IMG/VR virus record: IMGVR_UViG_3300023109_000011
Coordinates: 34,113 to 98,112 of that record
DNA from: a virus
Strand: one strand, 5' to 3'
Length of the DNA: 64,000 nt
Part shown: in pieces, positions 1 through 11,500 of the stretch
How positions within the stretch are numbered: position 1 is the first letter of the stretch
Layout of the letters: each line of letters begins with the position of its first letter
The notes under the pieces: model-generated
The model's input: only the letters and a program-made list of their open reading frames with translations
Told to the model about the DNA's origin: nothing
Database searches by the model: none
Program-made: the position numbers and the translations under genes

Positions 1-760
1 ATCTATTACGGCTTAATGTACCTTCGATCAGTTTGTCTGATTTTGTGAATTCAATGTTTTGTTCTGGTGTCATTATATGCTGGACTTCATGCGTCCACTT
101 TTCTCGTTTGAAAGGTATAATTTGAACCATAGGACTGCCACCTTTAATAATGAACTCGTCGCCAGGTTTACATTTCAACATAGCTGGAAATAAGATATTC
201 GTCTGATAAACGTCAGTGTCAACTACACCAGATTGTACTTCCCACTTATCAATCCCTTGGTGTTGAGGATGTAAGAACATGCAAGAAATACCGGGAGGTG
301 TTTTCATAACCCAAGGATTAATAAACTTATAAACCTTATCTGCGCTATAACCTTGTTTCCAATAGGGATGCTCAGACGTTTGTGATCGAGCATGAAATCC
401 AATTGGTTCATGACCATCTAATTCTTTTACACCGGTATGTATGCCTATAACTTCTTCACCAGAATCTGGATCTATTATACATTTAACTGCAATATCATAG
501 GGGAAAGGAATGATATATCCACTCGTCATCATTTCACGAAATGGAATGCATCTTTTAACTGTAGGAGTATAAGCAGGCCGGATACTATCTTCGACGAAGA
601 CGTGAGTTTTGGATTCTCTACCCGAGTAAGGTTTTTGATTCTTAAACCATTCAGGTATAAATTTCATCGCAGGCGCTGGCTCGTGAGCCATAGGTCCTAG
701 ATTTGAAGTGAAGGTCACTTCGTTTTTTCTTGTTAGCCAAGATTTCAAAAGACTAAACAT
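1..760 (-). CDS. Conserved phage hypothetical protein, 3' end beyond window (TVKRCIPF...SGYIIP / KFINPW..KTPPG family)
   Basis: Not in the ORF track because it runs off the window edge. ATG at 760 follows GGAG at 767-770. Manual translation gives MFSLLKSW...FIPEWFKN...TVKRCIPFREMMTSGYIIPFP...YKFINPWVMKTPPGISCMF...GVVDTD...GSPMVQIIPFKRE, motifs I recognise from marine T4-like phage accessory clusters. The frame is still open at position 1. Confidence 0.8.
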   Translation of the reverse strand, partial: MFSLLKSWLTRKNEVTFTSNLGPMAHEPAPAMKFIPEWFKNQKPYSGRESKTHVFVEDSIRPAYTPTVKRCIPFREMMTSGYIIPFPYDIAVKCIIDPDSGEEVIGIHTGVKELDGHEPIGFHARSQTSEHPYWKQGYSADKVYKFINPWVMKTPPGISCMFLHPQHQGIDKWEVQSGVVDTDVYQTNILFPAMLKCKPGDEFIIKGGSPMVQIIPFKREKWTHEVQHIMTPEQNIEFTKSDKLIEGTLSRNR

Positions 761-776
761 AATATACTCCAAAAAA

Positions 777-1157
777 TTAGGTTGGTACTATAGATTCCCC
801 GCCTGATACGGTATTAATATCTATATTACCATTCAACCAATTATCTAGCATGACTTCAAGAGGTCCGGTCGTTTCATGAGCACCAAGTGCTTCCCACATT
901 CTATAACCGTTTTCAAAATTTAATATTGAAGGAACAACAGGAGGCGCACATAAAGGAAGGGTAAGATCATCTGCTTCGAGCTTACAAAAATTAATGCCTG
1001 GATAATCGGCTACTATATTTTCAATTGCTTCTTCCCATGCAGCACAACCAGCACAGCCGGGATTAACCAGCATGACCGAATCTAATATAAGAGTAGAACG
1101 ATCTTCAGGGCCTCGTTTAGCCAGCAATTCTTCTGCAGTAACATAGGGTAAAGCCAT
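777..1157 (-). CDS. Thioredoxin-fold protein (CAGC)
   Basis: MLVNPGCAGCAAW (CxxC after a beta strand), INFCKLEAD, and the cis-Pro loop VVPSILNFENG. AAAGGA SD upstream. Confidence 0.75.
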   Translation of the reverse strand: MALPYVTAEELLAKRGPEDRSTLILDSVMLVNPGCAGCAAWEEAIENIVADYPGINFCKLEADDLTLPLCAPPVVPSILNFENGYRMWEALGAHETTGPLEVMLDNWLNGNIDINTVSGGESIVPT

Positions 1158-1169
1158 AATATTTCCTTT

Positions 1170-1721
1170 TTATGTATAACCATTAGAGGTTGCTGTTACG
1201 CCATTATAATAGCATCTATTCACTGATACTTTCATATACGCATTACCACCACAACCATAATCTTTTTCCATGAAAAACATCCAAGCGCCATCGTAGTGAA
1301 AGACACCGACTCTACCGTTTTGGTTATTAGGATTCACGTTATTATTGTTTGTGCGACCTTCATAACTAAAACCACCCGGGCAATTAGCTGGAGTTCTGTA
1401 ATTTGCGCTATTCGAGTTCCAATTCCAACACGGCCCATTTCCAATTTGAGCGGTGTTATTATAGAGTCTCCGAGTTGACGTATAACCGTACGTGCTAGTC
1501 CCTAAGTTGTATTGTCTGCCATCACCATATACCCGTCCACCTGAATCTTGAAATTCGTTCCATATTGAATATCTTTCGGCGGCAGTTTGTTCACCTAAAA
1601 ACATATTGCTACTGTCTGTATTATAAACAATACACCAGCGATAACGCTCAGGTCTGTTGCCATCATTGCCTGGCCCGTATCGACTAAGATAACGTTGACC
1701 TGATGGTAATACTCTGCTCAT
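1170..1721 (-). CDS. Gly/Asn/Tyr-rich, 5-Cys hypothetical protein; possible fibre-tip/adhesin subunit
   Basis: 183 aa with a GAGGA SD. Composition resembles the distal part of the upstream tail fibre. Function is inferred only. Confidence 0.5.
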   Translation of the reverse strand: MSRVLPSGQRYLSRYGPGNDGNRPERYRWCIVYNTDSSNMFLGEQTAAERYSIWNEFQDSGGRVYGDGRQYNLGTSTYGYTSTRRLYNNTAQIGNGPCWNWNSNSANYRTPANCPGGFSYEGRTNNNNVNPNNQNGRVGVFHYDGAWMFFMEKDYGCGGNAYMKVSVNRCYYNGVTATSNGYT

Positions 1722-1730
1722 TTTATTCCT

Positions 1731-2516
1731 CTACAATATGTTAAACTGAGAATATTTTGTAAACAAATCGTCGCCTAATACTTTTCTTGGATCTTGAGAT
1801 ATTTTCTCAATTTTAGGACGAACAACGTGAAGATCTTTTATTCCCCAGTTTTCATCCGGCTCCTCGAGGTATGTTTGTACATTTTCAAAATCATGTTTTG
1901 GAGGATCAAGTTCAAGATACTCCCATATATCGTTCATAGTTTGTTCTGTATTATTTATAAGATCATCGTAATTTACAATATGAACTAAATGCGGAAACCT
2001 ATCAATTGCGCCTTTACAACTTTCATAGCCATAGTCTTTAAAATTATTCCATATTTGCTCAGTGCGATTCTCAGTATTAATTTTTATGTTTTCTTTAAAA
2101 AGCTGAACGTCAACGTGGTTCTTAGGATCTTTATCCATTAAGGTAATAAACGACGTTAAAATGTCAGGAATAGGTCTATAGGTAACTATTACTTTTGGTG
2201 TTGGGTTAATAAATGCTTCTATAGCTTGTATATTATAACCCCATCCTCGGCTTTTGTCAACTATATACTTCTTTTTTACCGGTGAGTACCAACCTTCAAA
2301 CATATACTTAAATATGCGCTGATTCATTTCATCCATGTCCCAGTCACCGCGATATCCATTTTCTTGCAACACACCATATAGATCATGCATAACACGGTTC
2401 AACGGACTGGTCGCAGAGACATAAAATTCTGGATGCTGGGAAAGCAAGGAACCGAGTAAAGTAGATCCGGTCCTTGGCATTCCCGTAAGATAAAAATACC
2501 GACTCATATCAAACAT
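1731..2516 (-). CDS. PAPS-dependent sulfotransferase (Sulfotransfer_3-like)
   Basis: 5'-PSB loop LTGMPRTGSTLL, then VDKSRGW, 3'-PB motif VTYRPIPDILTSF, and VNYDDLINN...IWEYL. Confidence 0.88.
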   Translation of the reverse strand: MFDMSRYFYLTGMPRTGSTLLGSLLSQHPEFYVSATSPLNRVMHDLYGVLQENGYRGDWDMDEMNQRIFKYMFEGWYSPVKKKYIVDKSRGWGYNIQAIEAFINPTPKVIVTYRPIPDILTSFITLMDKDPKNHVDVQLFKENIKINTENRTEQIWNNFKDYGYESCKGAIDRFPHLVHIVNYDDLINNTEQTMNDIWEYLELDPPKHDFENVQTYLEEPDENWGIKDLHVVRPKIEKISQDPRKVLGDDLFTKYSQFNIL

Positions 2517-2519
2517 AAT

Positions 2520-5500
2520 TTAACCCTTCAATAGTTGTTGTACCATTCCTTTCAATTCTTCAATTTGGTTGGCTTGACTATCGATTTGCTCTTGTTGTTC
2601 TTTAACTGCTTCAACTAAGAGACCAACCAGGTGTCCGTATTCAATAGAAAGAACATCTTCAATACCATCGTTATGAGCTGGTTTAGATGCCGGTGCATTT
2701 GGATCATCACTTGTATTATCAGACGTGTCTTGTACAACAACAACTTCTGGAATAACTTCTTGAACTTCCTGAGCAATAAGACCAATATCCTTATCACCCG
2801 AGTCTTTCCAGTTATATTCAACACCGCGAAGTTTCTTAACTTTATCTACAGCGTTTTCAATAGTAACAATATTCTCTTTTAGCCTTTCATCAGAAGAGTA
2901 GAAGAAGCCTTGAGCCTGAATACCATTTGTACGAGTACGAAGTTTTTCAGAACCGTCGTGGTAAAGAATACAGTAAGAGTTGAGATCGAATCTCATCATC
3001 CATTCGTTATTAACGTCGTTGTACATACCAGCAACGCCGCCATTGTTGTGCATCATTACAACACGATCACCAATCGAGAATCCTTCGTATCCGCCGCGTG
3101 ACGCGCCATCAACACAGAATGAACCATAGTTACCATCAGGTGATCTTAATACAACACCATCATTCAGAGTAATACGACCCATTCGAGAAGTATTCTCTGT
3201 TCCTCGAATGTCAATTAACATGGCGGTGTTACTTCTGTAATATCGAAGACCGTTATCCTGAACAGTAGCATTGACATACATTGTTCCACCTACATACCAG
3301 TTAATATATGTAGAATATCCAGACCTTGAATCTAAATGTAAGTTACCATTAGTTGTTGCAACAGAAGCATAAGAACCAGTCCAATGTCCGTTACCACCAA
3401 CATACAGATATTGTCCCCAAGATGGGTTAGGTCCATGTAATGTACCACCTCGAATACGAAGGGCAGAGTTACTTGTTGAGTTAGGATCTAAGTAGTAGCC
3501 AGTATCGTTCCAATCATAATAAATTGGAGTACGAACATCAGAACTGAATACCGCTCTACTTGATATAGCAGCTCTAAATGAACCATTGTTAATAATCAAC
3601 ATACCATGGTCATTCAGTTGATTCGCACCACCTAGTCCACCAGCATTTGGATGTGACCAACCAATACCGTACATATTTGCAGCAGAGGTACCAGCAGAGT
3701 TCGGTCTATAAGAGGAACCCATTGCGAATACTAATTGTAATCTTGTAGAAGTATATGTTCCGGTTACACCTAATCCATAATTGTTAAATGTGTGATAACC
3801 GTTTTGATTAGTGGTATTGATTATAGAAGTACTCGCCGGATCGATATAATAACCAGTATTATTAGTATCGTAATACCGGCCTGCATACATTGAACCACCG
3901 TTACCATTGTTTTCATCAAGTACCGGAATTGTTCTCCAAGTTCTCCAACCACCCCATGCACTTCTGAATCGTAAGTTGGTAATTGGTCCACCAACCATCT
4001 GCCAGCCATAACCACTTGTGTTAGAACTACGATAGTGATATGATTGAATGCCAACCCAGTGAGAAGTACCTGAAGGCTGGTTGCCTGGATTAGACCAAGA
4101 ATCAATAAAGCCTGAACCCCAAGTACTAACAACGTTCATGTCCTGGGTTCCCCAACCCATTGCACCAGTCCAATAGTTGGTATCTGATGTTATTCGAGGA
4201 CGTGCTCTATAGTACTCACCACTATTACGCGTATGGCCAGGCTGATTGATCCAAGCCATCGTACGGTTGTTAACACCTTCAAATCTTGTGCTGTGACCAG
4301 ATGCTGGATCAATGTAGTAACCACTATTGTTTGAATCGTAGAAGATAGTACCGTAAATAGCACCATCACTACCAAAGTACTTGCTACCGTTCCAGTAGTT
4401 TTCTTTCAGAATGGCTCGGCCATTCATGTACATTTCATTTACGTTAAAGTAGAAGTTACTACGATCGGTGTAAATGTGTGCGTGAGAACCGTTAGCCGGA
4501 CCAAACTCGATGTATCCATAAGGAGTCTGGTGTCTCCATCCCCAAGAACCGCCATGTAAGTAGTATCCACTGTTTCCGTAATCAATACTTGACAGTCGAC
4601 TTCTTCCTGCTGGATCACAGAAGTAGTTCGAGTTATTTGAATCATAGAAGATATCAGCGTAAAGACCACCGGTGTTATTGCTGTTTTCTCCCATTACTGG
4701 AATTGTACGCCAAGTTCTAAATGATGACCAAGTACTACGGAATCTTAAGTTAGTAACTGGTCCACCAACCATCTGCCAACCATATCGAGCTGAACCATTA
4801 GTATAGTGGTATGCCTGCATTCCAACCCAGTGAGATGTACCTGAAGGCTGGTTGCCTGGATTACTCCAAGAATCAATAAAGCCTGAACCCCAGTCGGCAA
4901 CCGTGTTCATGTCAACACGGCTCCAACCCATTGCGCCGGTCCAGTAGTTCGTGTCACCTGTAATACGAGGACGTGCTTTGTAGTATTCAGCACTTGATCT
5001 TGTTTGACCAGATAGTGCCTGGAATGCCATTGTTAAGTTATCTACACCACGGAATCTTGAACTATTATCTGAAGCACCATTCCAACGATAACCAGTATCA
5101 TCTAAATCATAGAAGAGTGGAGCACGAGCAGAACCACGCATGACTGTATAGCCATAAGTAAATTCATTATAACTTCCATTCCAATAGTATATCCAACCAC
5201 GACTATTGTCGTGTATACCTACGTTATCGCCGCCAGTTGACATGAACACGTGGCGAGAACCGATACCCCAACCTGACCAGCCGTTTCGACCAGTATTATA
5301 TGTAGTTACGTTACCGTAAGAGTTACCACCTGCTTCTGGAGCCCACATTCCCTTTCCATAATCTTGGAAGTAGAATCCAGTACTGCCTTGAGCACGGAAC
5401 CAGTTATTAGCGAGAACGTAGTGGAACTGAGACGTTGAATTAAAGTTTCCGTAATATCCAGTGTTGTCACGATCATAGAAAATCGGAGCTCGAATATCTG

Positions 5501-8500
5501 AGATGTGATCTAAGTAGTCAGTATTAATTCTGCTGTATGTCGTGTTTTGATAACGAACATCGAGCATTGTAGTGTTGTCAGAACTAATTGAGTCACTATC
5601 AATAACAGTTCTTGCTTGCAATCTAATGTAGTCTGAAGAACCTAGACCATCGTTTTCAGAACCAATAACCATGGCTCCATTTTCACCAGTGTTATCATAG
5701 TCTGGATCATATGTAATGTAACCAAAGTCAGAAGGTGCATTAACACCTGAACGGAAGTAGAGTGATACCGGTTGATCGTTACCTGAGTGGAATTCAGCAG
5801 CAACATTACCCATGTACTCGGCAAGTCGCCCGCCGGCGTAAGCGGCTGATCCACCTGAATCACCTTCTCGACCTATGAACTGAGTACGACCATAGAACTC
5901 AACTCGCTGTAATCTGGATGTACCATTAGGATCGAGATAACGACCTGTGTTATTAGTATCATAGAAGATTGGAGCACGGAATGATCCAAACGTACTAACA
6001 TAACCAAGAGAGTTATTAATGTAGCCGTCGTATGCTAAGTACCATGCTTGTGTTGGGTAACTATCATTACCACCGATTGCTGCATACCAGCTTGATCTTC
6101 CACCGCCCCATCCACTTGCATACTTATAAAGTCCAGTGTTAACATGAGTGCGATAACCAGAACTATAAAGAGCAGTCTGGTGAGTAAGTGGTAAGTAACG
6201 ACTTGTTCCACCGACATTGTAATCTCTATTACGAGTAGAAATTGGAGCGTTAGTCAATCCACTGATTGATGTTGACCAGTAATCTGTCGGATCATTAGCG
6301 TAGAATTGACCATTAGATGTTAATGTACTAACAACTTCTAATGTATTAAGTCTTGTATTTGAACGAGGATCAGTGTAGTAAGCACTATCATTATAGTCAT
6401 ACATGATTGGAACATCAAGACGACCACTTATTAAGACCTGACCGTTACCACGAATAATTTGGTTCCAAGATCCACCGAATCCACCATCACGGAAGATAAT
6501 GTCTTCGTTACCTGACGTTGCAAATTCGAAGTGAGAATCATCAGACTCAGTTGCACGAATATATCCACGTAAGTTACCTGAACTTGTATAGAAGTAAGCA
6601 GGTGCACCACCAAGATAGTTAATTCGATCTACACTCAGTGTATTCATTCTCGATGTTGAGTTAGGATCTGCGTAGTAGTTCGTGTTATCACTATCATAGT
6701 AACGTTTTGCGTACATATCCCCAGTGTTAATATTCTGGTTGTATGTTGCAGTTACCTTCATCACTATCGTACGTTCTTTAGTACGACCTCCAGGCAGGCT
6801 AGAGTTTGTAATGTTAGTTACAAGGTTACGATCATCACCACCTGCGTCTCGTACGTGCACCGAGAAAGAGTTCCAGTAAGAAACACGTGGCCACCAGAAA
6901 TGTAGTGTTCCGTTATATTGGAACACTTGCATGTCAGCAAAGCCAGGCTTACCAAAGTGCTGTCCAGAATAGTTGATAATAGTATCGTAGTACAAGTAAC
7001 CCTGAGCAGTAAAGCTAAATGGTGGATCACCCGAGTAAGACTTACCTGTTGCTTCAAGTACGAACGAAGCACCGCTAGTTGCCGTCGCAGGAATACTTGT
7101 TGATACTAACGTACCTAATGTAAAGTCAGAACCTGAATGTCTATAAGTTCTTACATAATTTCCGCGGAGACGCAGATCATACAACTCAGATGTATTATCA
7201 CCATGTATGTAGTAGTTTGTATTATTTCGATCATAGAAAATTGGAGCTCTAAACGAGTTTTCAGTATACACCTGTCGGTCATTTTGGATCCACATAATGG
7301 AAACGTTATTACCGCTACTCCAACCACGACCAATACCATAGTGTGGGTTTGTTTGGTTAGGTGAATAACCGAAGTGTAATGATGTTGCATTAGTACCAGC
7401 AATACCAATTACCCAATGCTTAAAGTTACCTGAAGAAGCATTTGCACTATCGTAAGCAGCAAATCTTAATGTTGGACCGTGAGTACCATTACTAATCTGA
7501 GTCGACATAAGATTCAACTGAGGATACTGGCCTTTAATAACCAGATCCGGCCTGTTGAGCGCTGAGCCTTCCAAGATTCCGTTATATAAATTAGTTTCGT
7601 CACCAATATGTAATCTATGAACTATACGCTGTTGTAAGAATCTTGAAGTAGCATTTGGATTAGCATAGTAAGCAGTATCTTGGATGTCATAGAATATCTG
7701 AGCTCTTGCGTCTCCAGCCATAACATATAAGTTACTACTTTCAACACGAGTGTGTGTATCACCTCGACCGACAGAGAATAGCAGAGAACTTAAATCTTCG
7801 TTGTTGTAGAAACGAGTACCACCGTAGACTGCCTGAGCACCCATACGAATACCTGTATGCCACCTTAGATCAAGCTTGGTGTAGTTGCCACCGTAGTTTT
7901 CCATGTTGGTGCCGATGAAATAATTGCCTGCAGCATTACTATCACCACCACCAAACATTAACCTTGCACCAGTGGTGCTACTGTATGGGTTGTTTTGGAA
8001 TGTACCACCAATTACAACTTGACCAGCAGTTCGCATACTATTAATTCGCGATTCTGCGTGAGGATTCGTGTAGTAAGCAGTGTCATCAGTATCGTAGAAA
8101 ATTGGAGCTCTTACACTTGCAGCCGATTCAATAATACCTTGAGCATCAATACGATCGAGTGCGCGGATATCATCTGCTAACAAATTAGATTCAGCATTAC
8201 GTCGCTTAAGCATAATACCACCGTATTGGCGAAGAGCGCCACCGGCATTATAGTTCATTAAGATACGAATTCTTACATAGTAACAACCACCGCCGTCTGA
8301 ACCATTATAAGGTGTATGTGATGATGGTATTGTTGTATGACCACGTTGTGTCTGCCAACTAGTGTTCGTAAAATTGCTACCGCCAGATACGAAGTATGTT
8401 GTACCTGTGTTACCAGCAATAGCTCTCTTCTGACTATCAAATCTTTCAATACCGTAGTATAATAAACCACCTGAGCCTGAAATTAGTTTATGGGAAATCT

Positions 8501-11500
8501 CACCATAAATCTCTTCACCTGGGGCAACAGGAATATAATCAGAGTAGAATGTTCTATAAGCGGCCGATTGAAGAACATATGATCCAGCAAATGGACCGTC
8601 TGTTGTTCTTACAAATTCTGATGTCGTACCTGTAAGAGCGCTTTCGTTATCTGCCATTGGCTTAATAACACGCTTGTCAAAGTATTCTGTAGCATCAAAT
8701 AGTACTAAGTCTGCTCCACCTGAACCGTATGACTTAATAAGACCAATGTTTTCGTTTCCACCATTTAGTAAGAAGTTACCAGCAGAAACATTACCGATGA
8801 AGTGTGCATTACCGTTATCAAGGTCAATACTTGCTCTTAATTGACCTGAACCTACAAATACAATCTCATTTGGATTAGAAGTACTAAAGTGTGAATAAGC
8901 AGGATTATCATTACCAGCCCAGAAGATACCCCAGTTGCTAGCTGTTTGCCAGATCCAGTGAGTATAATCTTGAGCTCTTAATAGAACATTATTACTGCCA
9001 TTGCCCGAAGTTTGGAATCCTAATCTATCGTAAATGCCATTGACGCGAACGGCCGTGCTTGTGTTTCCACTTGCAAAGTTTCCATAATAGTTCGTGTCAT
9101 TTGAATCATAATAGATTGGTGCTCGCATTTGGTTATTAGCGAGGAAATAACCATTTTCTGTTTCAGCCTGTTTTGTGCCATTAAAGTGAAGCTCAGTAGA
9201 TCCACCACGACGCCAGATTGTCATCCATTCATTGTCGATGTCATTGTAGATGCCGGCCTCATCAGCACTGCTTGACATGAATACAAATCTGTCAGCAATA
9301 GAATAACCTTGCCATCCACCTTTACCACTACCATGAACAGACATTGAACCGTAATTACCGCCCGGCCAATCCATGTAAGTATCAGTACTATTATCGTATG
9401 CAAAATAAATTCGGTTTGTTCTCAGCGTAGCAAGACGAGAAGTACTGTTTGGATCCACAAAATAGTTAGTGTCATTTCGATCATAGAAGAGCGGTGCTCG
9501 CATATCGCCAGTAACCTGAAGGATACCTGACGCTGCAGTAAAGAACATTCGAGCGGCACCAGAGCCGTAACCAACGTTACCCCATTCAAATTCTTGTGCA
9601 TCAGATGCTAGTGTGCCTGATGTTCTATTGTATAAACGAGACTGCCAAGAACCATAATTTGTAGTACTTACACCGAAGTAAATATTGGTAGCGCCGCGTA
9701 CTGCAACAGGGCCAGCAATATCTAAAGTAGCATTAGTTACAATACTCGATGTCGAGCCTACCGTTAGTTGATTAAGTACTGAACGGCTAGCGAAGTCACC
9801 ATAGTATGCAGTGTTATTGCTGTCATAGAATATTGGTGCTCTAACGTCGCTATAATGACTCAAGTAATCAGTATTGATTATTGCAAGCTCAGTCAGTGCT
9901 GATCCATTCTTACGATAGAATCTAAAGTCACCACCATATTCCATAAATGAAATTCTATCAAGCAGAGCATATCCGGTTGTAGCATTAGTTGGATAACCTC
10001 TAAAGATGATACCGTGGTATTCATCATTGTGACCGTTTAATAAGCCATAAGATCCATTTGAAATAGTAAGTCTGTTAAGTCTATTATCAGCAAGTCCACT
10101 TCCATTAGGATTTAAACGATATGTGGTATCGTCCATATCGTAGAAGACTTGAGTCGTTATTTGTGATGACTTAAATTTCTCGTAACCAGTTCCTGGGTTA
10201 TTTCTTATTGCGATCGTACCATCTGATTCAATAGCAATGTTCGATGCTACAACACCACCCCAATGGAATCCAAGATAAGGAGGAGTTGCTGCTCCTGTTG
10301 CTGTGTAATTACTTTCTCTTAATTCGATTGAAGCAGTAGAATAACCTGTGCCTGTTGAAGATGAAGCAAACTCAAAGTTGCCGAGTAGTTTAGCACCGTC
10401 GCCAGGTTCAATGTAATATGCTGTAGAATTAGAATCATAGTAACGAGGTGCATAAACATTGACTGCAAAGTCTGCAGAATTATTATCGATGTTGAAGCGC
10501 TGGGTGCCGTTTGTCCAAATTCTAAATGTATCGTTTGCTTCAAAACCAAAGAATGTATTTGTATCACCACGATGACGAATGTAGTCGTCGATGTCGATAC
10601 GATTCATCTGAGATGTGCCAGCAAAGTCACCATAATAGTTTACATCATCTGAATCATAAACTATACTAAAGTATGCAGAGCCGGTCGAGTATAATGCTTT
10701 GTTATTTCGTACGCGGAGGTACGTGGCATCGGTCATATACCAACCGCCGCCCCATCCGAATCCTAATTCTTCGTCTTTCAGGAATGAAGATGTACCACGT
10801 CCAAATACAATAGCATCATCATTACCATTAAGTTGAATACCACCATTGACATGTAGTTTGCTATTTGTTATACTACCAACTAATGGAGTATTATCCATTG
10901 AGGTGTATGTTACAGAAGAACCGCCAACTATGACGTTATTATTAGTTTCCTCAGCAACAAGAATTTCACCACCACCGGTATCCCAGAATCCTGCGGTTGT
11001 ACCTGCTGGTGGAACAATGTAGAAGTTTCCGCTTGAGTCACCTCTAAACTGAGTTCCGTTAGCACCATCATGGTAGAAATTAATGTATCGATTACCGTTA
11101 GCATAAGGATTGGCGCTAGCATCGATAATGTTCATGTACATCAATGCGTATCCACCGGCCGAGTTACCACTAATTCCTACCGTGGTATTTTGACCAGAAG
11201 CATATGAACCGTGGTTCATTAACGAGATGCCACCGTTGCCTGTGCTATCATCCCATCTTGCAGCATCGGAGACATTACCGATTAACACCTTACCATTCAA
11301 TGTGGCAGCGGTGTCTGTAGAAGCAGGATCTACAAAGTAAGCGCCATCGCTTCGATCGACAAATCTATTTGCAAGTAAGTCGCTAAAGACTGTTGTATTT
11401 GTGTTGGTAATGTTTACACGTTCGACATTATCAGTAACAAAAGTAATACTATCATCGGCATCAAAACCTAGATAAGTAGTCGTGTCACCGCGGTGTCGCA

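Noticed and set aside
1952-1959. TATAAATA inside the sulfotransferase gene
   Set aside because: Intragenic in AT-rich sequence and about 230 bp from the next start; it cannot be distinguished from chance.
3915-5000. Duplicated segment as a DGR template/variable repeat pair
   Set aside because: Both copies are in frame inside one gene, differences include indels and non-adenine changes, and no reverse transcriptase is in the window.
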